Shown: positions 1 to 14,334, counted from the stretch's first letter. The stretch: 64,000 bases of DNA from Octopus sinensis (GCF_006345805.1 NC_043018.1:6696001-6760000); one strand, 5' to 3'. Translations and numbers: made by a program. The notes: generated by a model from the sequence alone, not told the origin.

Positions 1-690
1 ATTGATTTATCTATCTATCTATCTACCTATCTATCTACTAATCTATCTTTCTAATTATCTTTATGTCCATCTATTTATTTGCCTATCATTTGAAATACTT
101 AACTATGTCCCTGCATATATATATATATATATATATAATGTATTCAGTAGAACCTTGAAACATCACCACGTAAGAAACCAGAAATCGCTAGCTAGGATAA
201 AATACTGTTCACAGTAAAATAACCAACAATGTTATCATGTGTTGTTAGGATACTGCATATGCATATATATATATATATAATATACATATATATATAAAAA
301 CACATGAACAAAATAAGAATAAACAACAACAAAAACAAATTACATGAGCGCATATAAACAGAAGATACAAATATTACAGGCATCCCCCACACACACACTA
401 AATAAACATAGACGCACGTAGAGATATAAGCATGCGCAAATGAAGACATACAATAGAAATACAAAATGGCTGACGGTTAGTAAGGAGAGACACAAATAAG
501 AAAAAAGAAAACAAAGGACCACTGATGCGGTCACAGGAGTGTGACGAAAGAACTCTGGCCGAAATAAGATTAAGATTAATGTAAAAAATAAATAACACTG
601 AAGGAAAATAACACCAAATATATAGTGCGTGTGTTTTTATTGGCTAAACTGGTAAAATGACCATTCCGAAATATAACAATATATATATAC

Positions 691-733
<43 letters not shown>

Positions 734-874
734 AGGGCATCCAGCCATATAAACCATGTCAAAATGCACATCAAGTCTGAACAGCCCCTAGCTTGTCAGC
801 ACCTGTCAAATGTCCAGTGTGTGTGTATGTGTGCATGTAATTATGTATGTATACACACACACACATTTATATAC

Positions 875-921
<47 letters not shown>

Positions 922-2064
922 CATATATGCATACATATATATACATATATGTGTGTGTGTATGTGTTTTATCACCATCATCTTTTAACATCCAGTTCCCT
1001 GCTGGCATGGACTGGATGGTTTGACCTGAGCTGGCTACCAGGTTCCAGTGTGATTTGGTTCAACATACATACATACATGCATACATACATATAGACATAT
1101 CATCATCATCATTATCATTGTTTAATGTCTTCTTTCCATGCTGGCATGGGTTGGACAGTTCAACTGAGGACTGGCAAGCCAGCTGGCTGCACCAGGCTCC
1201 AATCTGATCTGGCAGAGTTTCTACAGCTGGATGTCCTTCCTAATGCCAACCACTCCAAGAGTGTAGTAGGTGCTTTTATGTGCCACCGGCATGAGAGCGA
1301 TTCAGGTAGTCCTGGCGACAACCATGCTCAAATGGTGTTTTTTATGTGCCACCTGCACAAGTGCCAATCCAGCAGCACTGGCAACAACCTCCTCGAATGT
1401 TGTTTTTCACATGCCACCAGCACAAGTGCCAGTAAGGTGATGCTGGTAAAAATCATGCTCAAATGATGCTTTTCAAGTTCCACTGGCATGGGTGCCAGTC
1501 AAGCGGTCCTGTCATTGGCTATGTCAGTGAATTTGATTTTGATTTTGATTGTGATTTCACTTGCCTCAACAGGTCTTCGCAAGCAAAGTTTAGTCTCCAA
1601 CGAAAGGTACACATAAGTAGGCTGGTTACACCCCTGGCATAGGCCATGGGTTATGGCCTCACTTGGATTGCCAGGTCTTCTCAAGCACAGCATATTTCCA
1701 AAGGTCTTGGTCACTAGTCATTGCCTCAGTGAGGCCCAATGTTCGAAGGTCATGCTTTACCACCACATCTGGTGCTTCTGAGGTCCAACTTTTCTCTCAA
1801 GGCGCTTACACTCTGTTGTGTATGCACACTCACATTACACAACCAGCAGAGCATACTGGCTTCATTCTTTGCAAGCTTACATATGTCCTCAGCAGTCATG
1901 GCCCATGTTTCACTGTATATATATGTATATATATATATATAAATATGTATGTAGTGTATATAACACAACATATACATATATATATATAATATATATATAA
2001 ATATGTATGTATGTGTATATTATACACATACATATACATATATATATATATATATATATAATAT

Positions 2065-2096
<32 letters not shown>

Positions 2097-2121
2097 TACA
2101 CACACACCACACACACACACA

Positions 2122-2152
<31 letters not shown>

Positions 2153-3507
2153 CATATATCAGACTGGTGCAGCCATCTGGCTTGCCAGTCCTCGGTTAAA
2201 CCATCCGACCCATGCCAGCAAGGAAAGCAGACGTTAAACGATGATGATGATGATGATGATATATCATCATCATCATCGTTTAACATTTGTCTTCCATGCA
2301 TGGAGTGAATAGGATGGTTGGCAGGTGCCAGCCAGGTTGATAGAAGACTATCGCAGGCTACCCTGTCTGTTTTGGCATGGTTTCTTATGGCTGGATGCCC
2401 TTCATAACATCAACCACCTCACAGAGGAGTGGACTGAGTGCTTTTAACATGGCATTAGCGCATTTATGTAAATATTTTTATCCAAATACTAACCATGTAC
2501 CTAACTACCTGTATATCCATTAATTTGCTCACCAATCTACCAACCAACCGACCAACCAGCCAGCCAACCATATCAATCAAATCTCTCTCTCTCTCTCTTT
2601 TTCTCGCTCCCATCCCCCTTCTCTCTCTTTCACACACACACAACCTTACTCTACCTCCATTAAATCTGTACTCTTTTAATCTTATTCCATCTCTCTTTTG
2701 TGGCTATCAATGAGAAATTACATGTTTACAATGAAGAGACATTAAATATGTTTACAACAGGATTAAGCATTGACTGGGATCTCTCTCTCTCTCTCTCTGT
2801 AATTTTTTTCTCATTCTGTGTCTCTCATTATATGTATATAATATATATATATATATATATATATGAATGCATGCATGCATGCATGTATGTATGTATGTAT
2901 ACACACAATCATTGTGCGCATGAATATATATATAAATCATAAATCTGTGTGTGTGTGTGTGTATACTTGGTGTGTATTTGTGTATGTATATATATAGATA
3001 CACATGCTCATGCACACAGACACATATATACATACACACACATATATATATACACACACACATGCATATGTATTTATGTATATTCATGTGTAGTGTGGGT
3101 ACATCTATTTGTCTGTATGTATATAAATATATATGCATATGGAAATATACAAATATAAATTGTACGTACATATCTAAAGCACATCCTAAGCACACACGAC
3201 ACACACACACACACACACATACGTATACAGACACGCTTTTATTTTCATAATTCTTATAAGACTTAGATCTGGTTATTTTTTTACTATTGTTGTTGAGGCT
3301 ATTGTTCTTGTTGTAGTTGTATTATTTTTGTAGCTATTGTTGTTTATCTCAGAGAAATGAGTAGAGTGGTGTTTGTTTGGGTTGCCTACATATTTACTAC
3401 ATGAAGGTGGGGATGGTCGTGGCAGTGGTATTAGTGTCGGTGAGGATGATGATGATGAGGATGATGGTGATGATGATGATGGTTTGGTGGTGGTGGTGAT
3501 GGCTATA

Positions 3508-3740
3508 AGGTAGCGAGCTGGCAGAAACGTTAGCACGACGGGCGAAATGCGTAGCCGTATTTCGTCTGCCGTTACGTTCTGAGTTCAAATTCTGCCAAGA
3601 CCGACTTTGCCTTTCATCCTTTCGGGGTCGATAAATTAAGTACCAGTTACACACTGGGGTCAATATAATCGACTTAATCCATTTGTCTGTCCTTGTTTGT
3701 CCCCTCTGTGTTTAGCCCCTTGTGGGTAGTAAAGAAATAG
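3508..3740 (+). mobile_element. tRNA-derived SINE with 12-bp TSD
   Basis: Head AGGTAGCGAGCTGGCAGAAACGTTAGC and B-box-like GAGTTCAAATTC. TSD gtgatggctata at 3496-3507 and 3741-3752. Confidence 0.85.
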
Positions 3741-4094
3741 GTGATGGCTATAGCAGTGGTGGTCTGTCATTTGATATACACAAGATTTAAACATGAGCTA
3801 CTGTAATTTTCATGTTTGGATATTACAGTAATCAGACAAGTGCGTACAGCATGTTGTGTACTGCCTTGCAATTGTTTAGGCTCAATGTAAACATTGTTGT
3901 TCTCATAGAAAAAGGGAGAAAGAAGAAGAAAATGAGGAAGAACATGAGGAAAAAATAAGAAATGAGAAAAGGAAAGCTTCTAATGAATGGTGATAAAATC
4001 TGCAACCCTTTTTTCCATAATAATGGGAAATAAAAATGGTTCATGGAATTAATCCAAGAGGGATAGGCTAAAGCTTCAAAAACTGTATGCTTAT

Positions 4095-5400
4095 TCCAAA
4101 GAGGGAGGTGTTTTCCAGTTTGATAGCAAACTTATCAAGATGCATGCATCTTGTATAAATTTTCAATCTCATGTTCAATAGGTCGGTGGGCTTCTTAGAT
4201 TAGAAAGGATATGAGTTCTTTAGGTTACACAAAACCTGCACCTCTTTGACCCATTAATGTATAGCATGGATCATGTTATGATGTTCCACTTGATGATATG
4301 TGGGTATTTTTGGCCTTCAGGCTCCAGATGTGGTTACCTAGCTTAATGGTTTTCATCATGTCTATGCATAAGAAAGATGACTGTTGATGGCCTATTTTTT
4401 TTTTAAAGTCACTTTCACATACTTCAACATGTTTTTTCTTTTCAGTTTCATTATTTGGCAGAACCAAGATGAGTTCAGGTTCATATACAACCGAGTTAGT
4501 CATGCATACTTGTTGAGTGGGAAGGTATGTGGGTTCCTGAAGTTACAGTTTGGACAGGGCATCTGGTGGGATTTATGTGCAATAACAATTTTCATGTAGG
4601 AACAACAGCTGTAAGAGGCTTTCATAGAATGTCTATTAAACATTTTTTTTTTCTATGTCTCTGAGAAATGCTTAGCTTTCAAGGTGAAGAATTTTATATC
4701 TACATCTGTTTTAACATTCACAGAGAAAGGTGAAGGATTAACCAGGTAATATTCCTAGGTCTATTTTTAGGCATCATAAATTTTACAGTAGGAGTGTAAG
4801 ATAGCTTTTATTTGTAGCCACTGTTGGCCAGGTGATTATAACAGTAGCTGTCTGCCTTATCAAATATTCCTTTAGAAGAGGGAGAGATTAGAAATCCTAT
4901 TACTGATATTAGATATGAAATTTTGAAGGATGATAATAGGGTGACAAGATTGTTTGCGTATATACATAAGCTTTCCATTATGTTTATGACAGGGCTTGTA
5001 AGAGTATAAGAGTATAAGTTAGCATCAGAGTAGTGGATAAGAAATCAACTTTAGTAAGATTCTTCAGTTCCTGTGAATATTGAGACCTAATTTTCTAAAG
5101 CTAAATATGAGATCCTTCTTAAATGTATCGAGGGTATGACCATCACAGGTGTGGTATATGCTTAACCCATCAACAACGTATAAGGCAATATTATAAGAAA
5201 AGAACTTAAATTTGGGGGGGGGGATAACTATGATAAAGAGACCCACTAGATAACAATTCTAGTGATCTAGTACTAAACATTAAAACTATAACTTTGTACT
5301 TTAGTACTTTGGCCAGTTGTATGTATGCACCTAAATATAACTCGCAAAATGTGAACTCACCATACGGTTATAAGTATAGACTGCTTTCTCAAATAATCTC
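4095..5400 (-). mobile_element. Degenerate Penelope-like retroelement (RT C-terminus plus GIY-YIG endonuclease)
   Basis: Minus-strand fragments include ALYVVDGLSI...KKDLIFSFRKLGLNI, NLTKVDFLS, SNISNRISNLSSSKGIFDKA, NPSPFSVNVKTDV, TNSVVYE...ESDFKKKIGHQQSSF...LGNHIWSLK and KRCRFCVT. These follow the Penelope ORF order, with stops and frameshifts. Confidence 0.85.
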
Positions 5401-6529
5401 ATGATCAACTATTTTATGGAGTGTTGTAGTTAGGTGGTGCATTGTGTTTATGAGTAAAACACTTTATCTCATATTGTTCTGCAATCACTTTGACACCTGA
5501 CATATAGTATATCATGCACCTGTTCAGATGACTTTGATTTGATGGAGAGAGTGAGTACAGCACATACATTTGATCACAATAAACAACTCATTTGTGCAGG
5601 CCATTCGGCACACAAGCTGAATAAGGCTCATAACAATGTCTTCAACAGGAGAGTCCATCATATATATATCAAAAATCAAAATCAAAATCAAATTCGATGA
5701 CTGGTGTCTGTGCTAGTGGGGTGCAAAAAGCACCATACGAGTGTGATCATTGATAGAGCGGGTAACCGGCTTTCGTGCCAGTGGTACTCGAGCCCCATGC
5801 TAGTAGGGTATTAAGAGCACCATCAAGCATGATCGTTGCCAGATCGGCTGCCTGGCCTCCATGCCGGTGGCACATAAAAGACACCATTCAAGCGTGATCG
5901 TTACCAACATCACCTTACTGGCACCTGTGCTCGTGGCATGTGCAAAAGATTTGAGCGAGGTCGTTGCCAGTACTGCCTGACTGGCCCCATGCCGGTGGCA
6001 CGTAAAAGCACCCACTACACTCTCGGAGTGGTTGGCATTAGGAAGGGCACCCAGCTGTAGAAACTCTGCCAGATCAAGATTGAAGCCTGGTGCAGCCATC
6101 TGGTTCGCCAGACCTCAGTCAAATCATCTAACCCATGCTAGCATGGAAAACGGACGTTTTAAATGATGATGATGATGATGATGATGGTATATATATGTAT
6201 GAAGGCACATGGCTGAGTGGTTAATGTGGTGCACTCACAATTGTGAGATCGTGGGTTTGATTCCCAGACCGAGTGTTGCATTGTGTTCTTGAGCAATGCA
6301 CTTCATTTCACGTTGCTCTGCGGTCATTTTGACATCTGACATGTAGCACCTGTCGTACCTGTGCAGGTAATGTCGATCTGATGGAGGCAGTGAGCTTATG
6401 TCTACACAAACATTTGATCACTATAAACAAATCATCTGCGTGGTTGTTCTTCAAGAAACTGCCGAACCTTCATACGTCATCTAATGACGGGTGAGTCGAT
6501 CATATATGTATTGAACAAAGGAACAAACT

Positions 6530-6768
6530 GCCGGCATCAGTTGTTAGTTGTCGGAGCACTGCATCCTTCAAAAATTCCATGCTTCCTGAGATTTGCCAAC
6601 ACTACACCTGATTTTCTCCCTTCCATACACACACAAGCATGTCTCTGACTCATACACTGTTCACTTCCCAGACATTTGTACATTACTGCATATACTTTAT
6701 ATGCACTTTTGACAAGTTGTGGTGCACCTGAGCACTGTATACAATAATTTCATTATTATTATTATTTT
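6530..6768 (+). mobile_element. Short 3' fragment of the CR1 family seen at 47.7-50.3 kb
   Basis: Shares aaactgcc...cagttgtt...cactgcatc and gtgcacctgagcactgta(c/t)acaa plus an ATT tail with 50110-50274. Confidence 0.75.
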
Positions 6769-8049
6769 TATATGTATATGTGTATATATATATGATGGGT
6801 TTCTTTCAGTTTCCATCTACCAAATCCACTTACAAGGCTTTGGTTGGACCGAGGCTATAACAGAAGATACTTGTCCAAAGTGGCATGCAGTGGGATTGAT
6901 CTTGGAACCATGTGGATGGGATGAAATATATAAAGGTTACTTAACTTCCCCTTTCCGCAATGTTAAAAGCTCTCATCGTGTCTGATTTTACTTTTGACTG
7001 TTCTAACTTTTGTTCACAAATTTGGTTTCAAACACAGCAGTACTTCTGCGTGTGAGTGTGTTGCGGAGAAGGCTGATTCATAGGAAAAGGCTGTTTCGTA
7101 GGAGAAGGCTGTTTCTTAGGAGAAGGCTACATTACGTAGGTGTGATAACCGATAACAAGTTTCTTCAGAGAGGCAAGGATAAACGAAAGGATTAAGACAA
7201 GCCATTCTTCAGTAAGTTACTCAGTTATTTAATTCACATTAAGCTCAAGATTTCGGTTTTTATTTCAATGTAAGTCTTACACTTGAAGAAGCATTGCAAG
7301 TAATTCCACCTTCTTCAACATACTTACATAATAATTATAAAATAATTAATATAGAGAACCCCTGAGGAGAATGCAGTCACTTGAAATGCCTGTTCATATT
7401 GAAGGCTTACATTCACAGAAGAAAAATATATACATCCTAGAGAATGGTTCTTATTATATATATATATATATGTGTGTGTGTATGCATACACCACCTACAT
7501 ATATGCAGACATACATACATACATACATACATACATACATACATACATACATACATAATACATACATACATACATACATACTTATACATACATACATACA
7601 TACATATATAATACATACATACATACATACATATATAATACATACATACATACATAAATACATAATACATACATACATAATACATACATACATACATACA
7701 TACATACATACATACATACATAATACATACATAAATACATACTTATACATAATACATACATACATACATACATACATACATACACCATCGTTGTTATCAT
7801 CATCATCTGCTCCACTACCCCAACCATCATCATCACCATTCCCATCATCTTTATCATACACACACACACACACATATGTATCACACGTGTACACATACAC
7901 ACACAGACTTACATATATATATATATCAGTGAGAGAGAGAGAGGAGGTGAAAGAGACGGTTGCCTGCAGTGAGAATTGAAATCTTAATGGAGGGGGAGAA
8001 CGAGTAGATACCACCAGGCATGTTTTCTGTTGTCTCCATGGACATTGAT

Positions 8050-8760
8050 AAATGATAAGGATGATGGGAAGGATGAGGATGATGATGATGATGGTGGGTG
8101 GTGGTGGTGGTGGTGGTGATCAGGGTGATTGTACAGATGATGATGATGATGATGATGATGACAACGGTGGTGATGGATGTATTGATGACGATGATGAAGG
8201 TGACAATGATGATGGTGATGATGATGATAATGATAATGACGTTGATGGTGATTATAATGACGATGGTGAGTAAAATAGCTATAATAATGATGGTGGTGGT
8301 GATGGTGGTTGAAGTAGTGGTGGTGGTGGTGGTGATGCTGTGAATGATACCACTGGTAAAAGGTGATGTAGTTGATGGCTCTCCTATATAGATGATGATG
8401 ATGATTCCAGTGACTGCTGGTGATAGAAGCAGCAGTACCAGGTGATGATGATGTGGTGGCAGTGTCAGTGGCAATCATGATGGGTGGTATGATGATGATG
8501 ATGATGAGGCTGATGATAATGGTGGTGGTGGAAATGGCGGCAGCAGGAGTGATAATGATGATGATGGTTCGGAGGTGGTGGTTGTGATGATGATGGTGTG
8601 ATGGTGGTGAAGGTGGTGATGATGATGATGGTGTGGTGGTGGTGGTGGTGGTGGTGATGATGATGATGATGATGGTTTGATGGTAGTGGTGGAGGTAGTG
8701 ATGATGATGGTGTAGTGGTAGTGGAGGTGGTTGTGATGATGATGATAATGATGCTGGTCT
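8050..8760. repeat. Compound (GAT)n/(GGT)n tract; preceded by (TACA)n at ~7505-7785
   Basis: Direct read. Confidence 0.9.
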
Positions 8761-8999
8761 TGATCATAATGATGGTCTTCAAAAAATGATTGTAAGTAAA
8801 AAATTTTCTACATAAACAAAAAATAATAAATAAATAAATAAAAGCCATCATTTTCCAATTTATCAATTAATTGAATGTCTTGAAGAAAATATTGGAGAAC
8901 ATTCTAAATTATTAATATGTCAATCTATGTACAAGTTTATACATATGTACATGTGTATGTATATGTATGTAAACATTTTTATACACAAATGCATGTATG

Positions 9000-9032
<33 letters not shown>

Positions 9033-9104
9033 CAACAATATAAGGAATGGCCATATAGGACATTCGACTCACTAGAAAGAGCAGCCACATATATATATAT
9101 ATAT

Positions 9105-9620
9105 CATCATCATCGTTTAACGTCCGCTTTCCATGTTAGCATGGGTTGGACGGTTTTGACTGAGGACTGGCAAACTAGATGGCTGCACCAGACTCCAGTC
9201 TTGATCTGGCAGAGTTTCTACAGCTGGATGCTCTTCCTAACACCAACCACTCCGAGAGTGTAGTGGGTGCTTTTACGTGCCACCGGCACAGGGGCCATTC
9301 AGGTAGTACTGGCAACGACCTTGCTCGAATCTTTTTTACACATGCCAACGGCACGGGTGCCAGTAAGGCGATGCTGGCAATGATCCCACTCGAATGGTGC
9401 CTCCTACATGCCACCGGCACGAAAGCCAGTTAGCCTCTCTGGCAACGATGACACTCGGATGGTGCTCTTAGCACCCTACTAGCACGGGGCACAAGTGCCA
9501 GTAAAGCGTAGCTGGTAACAATCACACTCGAATGGTGCCTTTTATGTACCACTGGCACGGAAGCCGGTTAGCCACTCTGTTAACGATCACCCTCATATGG
9601 TGCTCTTTGTGCCCATCATT
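9105..9620 (-). mobile_element. Abundant SINE-like repeat with (GAT)n tail; similar copies at ~1100-1500, 2155-2310, 5690-6185, 35870-36200, 38480-38650, 40330-40450
   Basis: Recurrent block catcatcatcgtttaacgtccgctttccatg...ggctgcacca...tttctacagctggatg...gagagtgtagtgggtgctttta with internal gccaccggc/ggcaac sub-repeats. Confidence 0.8.
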
Positions 9621-9682
9621 GAATTCACTTTGATTTTGATTTCGATATATATATTATATATATATACATAATATATATATTA

Positions 9683-9729
<47 letters not shown>

Positions 9730-9750
9730 TGTATGTGTGTGTGTGTTGTG

Positions 9751-9806
<56 letters not shown>

Positions 9807-10419
9807 TATATTTATATCCTTTATTTTTTTACTTGTTTCAGTCATTAGACTGTTGCCATACTGGAGCACCACTTAAAGTGCTTTTTAGTCGAAGAAATCA
9901 ACCTTAGGACCTATTTCTTGTAAGCCTGGTACTTATTTTATTGGTCCATTTTGCTGAACTGCAAAGTTACTGGGACATAAACACACCAGCATTGGCTGTC
10001 AAGCAATGGCAGGGTTACAACCCCCCCCCACATACACACACATAAATATGCCGGGCTTTTTTCAGTTTCCATCTACCCAATCAATTCACATGGCTTTGGT
10101 TAGCCTGAGGCTATAGTAGAAGACACTTGGACTGAACCTGGAACCATGTGGTTGGGAAGCAAGCTTCTTACCACACAACCATGTCTTTGCCTATATGTAA
10201 CATAATAGGAAGCCATATATACAAATGCATATATGCAACAGGGACAGAGAAAGGAGGAGAGAAGGAGAGAAGGAGAGAAAGTGAGAGAGAGCAGAATGGG
10301 ACAGTTGGGAGAAGCTCTGTTGACATTGGAGATTTGGCTGATGGTATATTCAGCCTGCTTTGGCGCCAGGACTTTTTGGTACAGGAGTCAAGCTTGTGTA
10401 CAAATGAGTCATGCAAAAA

Positions 10420-10965
10420 TATTAGAGAAAGAGAAAAAGACGAAAAGAAAGAAAGAATGGAAGAAAGAAAGAAAGACAGAGAGGAGGAAGAGAGAAAAAA
10501 GAGAGAAAGAGGGAAAGAGAAAGAGAAAGAGAAAGAGAAAGAAAGGGAGAGAGAGAGAAAAAGAAAGAAAGACGAGATTACAGTTTATTAATTGGACATG
10601 GTCGACATGAACAGTTTCCCTCTCCTCAGACGCATAATTAGAAATATACTCAAACACATAAACAGGGAGACAGACAGACAGAGGACGAAAGAGAGGGAGA
10701 ATGGAAAGAAAAGAGAGGGATTACAATTTATTAACTGAGCACAATTGATGAAAACACTTTCCCTCTCCTCAGATAGATAATTAGAAATATGCTCACACAC
10801 AGAAACAGAGAGAGGGGAGGGGGAGAGAGATATTGCAATTTACTAATTGTACATGATCGACATAAATAGTTTCCCTCTCCTTAGACATATAAATAGAAAT
10901 GTGCTCTCACACATAAACAGAGAGAAAGTGATACATAACGGTAGAGAGAGGAGAGAAAGAGAGAG

Positions 10966-11002
<37 letters not shown>

Positions 11003-11406
11003 ACGAGAGAGAGTGAGAGAAAGAGAGAGTAAAAGAGAGAGATAGACGAGAGAGAGAGTGAGAGAAAGAGAGAGTAAAAGAGAGAGATAGACGAGAGAGA
11101 GAGTGAGAGAAAGAGAAAAAAGAGAGAGATAGACAACGAGAAAGAGAGAGTGAGAGAAAGAGAGAGAAAAAGAGAGAGAGAAAGAAAGAGACTGAGAGAA
11201 AGAGAGCGACAGAGACAGACAAGTAAGAAGACATAAAGAGACAGACAGGGATTAAGAGAGAGGGGAGAGAGAGAGAGAGAGAGGACAGAGGGAATAAGAG
11301 ATAGGAATAAAAGAGAAAGGAAAAAGAAGGGAAGTGAGGTATTACACATACATAAAAATATCTTGATATGCACACACATAAAGAGAGAGCGAGAGAGAGA
11401 GAGAGC

Positions 11407-11442
<36 letters not shown>

Positions 11443-11476
11443 GAGCGAGAGAGAGAGAGAGCGAGAGCGAGAGAGA
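10420..11476. repeat. (GA)-rich tract interleaved with a local ~100-bp repeat (copies at ~10576, 10719, 10829; fourth copy split 11476/12686); another GA tract at 28170-28540
   Basis: Unit gattacaatttattaa...tttccctctcctcaga...ttagaaatat. Confidence 0.8.
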
Positions 11477-11489
11477 GATTACAATTTAT

Positions 11490-12309
11490 TCTTTTTGTCC
11501 TGTCCCAAAATGGCATTCACCCAGGAAGGGTTAAACAAACTCCTACTGAGTTCACCACATCAATAGTCAAGGTGATCTATGCACATCTGTTGGCAGCCAA
11601 TTTTGCTGCGTGTTGAAGCCATTCCTGGTTCCACTGATAAACGTCAAAGACTCGAGAGCCAGAAACAAGCTCCAGCCATGTCTTCAGCTGACCACCTCTT
11701 CCCTTATGCCAGCCCGGGGGTGGTGGGGTGGAATCTGGTGCTATTGCCTTCTGGACGACTTCATCATGGGGTTACTGCAATGTGTGACCAAACTACCATA
11801 GTCTCCTCATCGGAAGGGTTCCCTAAAAATTGAGAGACACTGCACAAACTAAGTTCCTCTCAGCCAACATACCCCACACCTCCAAGGTCACTATTCCTCT
11901 TGATGGAGATGCTGCAGAGGAGGTTAAACAGTTCAAATATCTCAGATCCACCTTTACTGCCACTGGCCAGCGGAAGGCCAAGATCTCTATTCGGATCAAT
12001 TGCTCACTCTTGGGCTTCTGCCACCCCCATAAATACTTGTGGTCACGTTGGGAAATCTGCCTCATGATGAAATGCCATATTTACCAGGTGCTTGTCTTAA
12101 CAATTCTCCTCTATATTTGCGAGATCTGGCCAATGCCAGGCGCAGGAGTGGCTGTGTGGTAAGTAGCTTGCTAACCAACCACATGGTTCCGGGTTCAGTC
12201 CCACTGTGTGGCATCTTGGGCAAGTGTCTTCTGCTATAGCCCCGGGCCGACCAATGCCTTGTGAGTGGATTTGGTATAAGGAAACTGAAAGAAGCCTGTC
12301 GTATATATG

Positions 12310-12340
<31 letters not shown>

Positions 12341-12685
12341 ATGTTTGTGTGTCTGTGTTTGTCCCCCTAGCATTGCTTGACAACCGATGCTGGTGTGTCT
12401 ATGTCCCCGTAACTTAGCGGTTCGGCAAAAGAGACCAATAGAATAAGTACCGGGCTTACAAAGAATAAGTCCTAAGGTCGATTTGCTCGACTAAAGGCGG
12501 TGCTCCAGCATGGCCGCAGTCAAATGACTGAAACAAGTAAAAGAGTAAAAGAGTAATGCATGTGGCTGATCTTCAGAAGTGACGTCTCCAATCACCTCTG
12601 CATTTGTCGTCTTCTCCAACTGCATATTTGAGACTGTGTTTCAAGCCGACAATTTTATGCTCACTGCAGTCTTTCACCTTTATTG
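11490..12685 (+). mobile_element. RTE-clade LINE RT fragment, split by a SINE at 12138-12554
   Basis: EEVKQFKYLRSTF...KYLWSRWEICLMMKCHIYQVLVLTILLYICEIWP continues after the SINE as HVADLQK. Confidence 0.8.
12138..12554 (+). mobile_element. Full-length tRNA-derived SINE, second family (another full copy at ~42423-42827 minus; many partial copies)
   Basis: Head AGGCGCAGGAGTGGCTGTGTGGTAAG, B box GGTTCAGTCC and GTAAAAGA-repeat tail; short TSD aatgc. Confidence 0.85.
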
Positions 12686-12740
12686 TAATTTATAAACTGG
12701 ACATAAACACTTTCCCTATCCTCAGACACACAAAAAGAAA

Positions 12741-13223
12741 TATTATTCAAAGGAATTCCAACTCTGTCTGTTTTTTATGTTTTATTTATATTCTTTATAA
12801 TATTAATGTAGAATATATAATATATAGTATAAATAATATATATATAGTAAAATGAAATGAAGTATTGATTGTCTTATTGAATAGATGAAACATTGAATAT
12901 CAAATATTAAAGGGGCTAGTATACTTTCTTGCATTTAAGCAGTCATCAAGGTCCCAGGTTGTGACAGGAATATTTCAACAGCACCGATCACAGTCGAAAC
13001 ACACCTGTCGCAACCTGAGATCTTGAAGACTGCTTTAATGCAAGAAAGTATACTAGTCCCTTAATATTTTATATTCAATATTTTATCTATTCAATAAAAC
13101 AATCAATACTTCATTTCATTTTACTTTATATACTATTTATACTATATATTCTATATTCTAATTAATATTATAAAGAATATAAAATAAAACATAAAAACAG
13201 AGTTGGAATTCTTTCGAATAATA
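12741..13223. repeat. Fold-back element: ~225 bp inverted arms, 35 bp spacer
   Basis: 12741-12968 is the imperfect reverse complement of 13004-13223. Each arm carries a hammerhead-like motif. Confidence 0.9.
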
Positions 13224-13310
13224 TATAAATATAATATGTATATATATATTATATATATATAATATAGATATATAGATATATATATTATGATATATATATA
13301 TATATTATAT

Positions 13311-13342
<32 letters not shown>

Positions 13343-13375
13343 CATACATATATAGACATGATATATATGTATAAA

Positions 13376-13414
<39 letters not shown>

Positions 13415-13415
13415 G

Positions 13416-13469
<54 letters not shown>

Positions 13470-13494
13470 TATATATATATACATACATACATAA

Positions 13495-13531
<37 letters not shown>

Positions 13532-13560
13532 TATATATATTATATATATATATATATATT

Positions 13561-13603
<43 letters not shown>

Positions 13604-13810
13604 AACACACACAGGCATACGTGGGCTATGCGGTATGATGCTTGCTTCCCAACCACATGGTTCTCGGTTCAGTCCCACTGCATGGCAACTTGAGCAGGTG
13701 TCTTTTCTCAGATGACCAAAGGCTTGCAAATGAATTTGATAAATGGAAACTGAAAGAATCCTGTCGTATACATGTGTGTGTGTATGTATGCATATATATG
13801 CATGTATATA

Positions 13811-13885
<75 letters not shown>

Positions 13886-13970
13886 ATAATAAATATTAGG
13901 GAATAAATCCAAATTTACAGGGAAAAAATCAGATTTAGGATTAAATCCAATTTTATAGTAAAATATTATA

Positions 13971-14222
13971 AATATTATTAGAGACAAAACCACTATTGCC
14001 AAAACAAACAAGGAAAGACTTAATCAATACATAAAATTTTAATAAATAGTCAAAAAAGACTTCATAATTTGAAATGACTATTCTCCACCTGAAGTACCTG
14101 AGATTCATAGACAAGAAACAATTGTAGTGGCGGTTTTTTTGACTATTTATTAAAATTTTATGTATTGATTAAGTCTTCCTTGTTTGTTTTGCAAAATAGT
14201 GGTTTTATCTCTAATAATATTT
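13971..14222. repeat. Fold-back element (~90 bp arms) with a hammerhead-like motif in the loop; related element at ~39533-39800
   Basis: aatattattagagacaaaaccactatt...tagtcaaaaaa mirrors ttttttgacta...ctctaataatatt. The flank 13884-13975 matches the reverse complement of 39690-39800. Confidence 0.85.
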
Positions 14223-14334
14223 TAGATATATATATAATATATATATGTATAGATTCAGACGAATATTGTACTTAAGTTGAGGCACCATAATTTAGTACGG
14301 TTTTATCCATACAATTTCAAAGTAAGGTGATTAA

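Noticed and set aside
7065-7140. Short direct repeats resembling a CRISPR array (also 23-bp x3 at 36496-36559 and 63-bp x3 at 27458)
   Set aside because: They are head-to-tail tandem repeats with no unique spacers and no cas genes, in a eukaryotic context.
7170-7225. CTGAAGA...GAAAC on the minus strand as a hammerhead
   Set aside because: No consistent stems I-III could be drawn.
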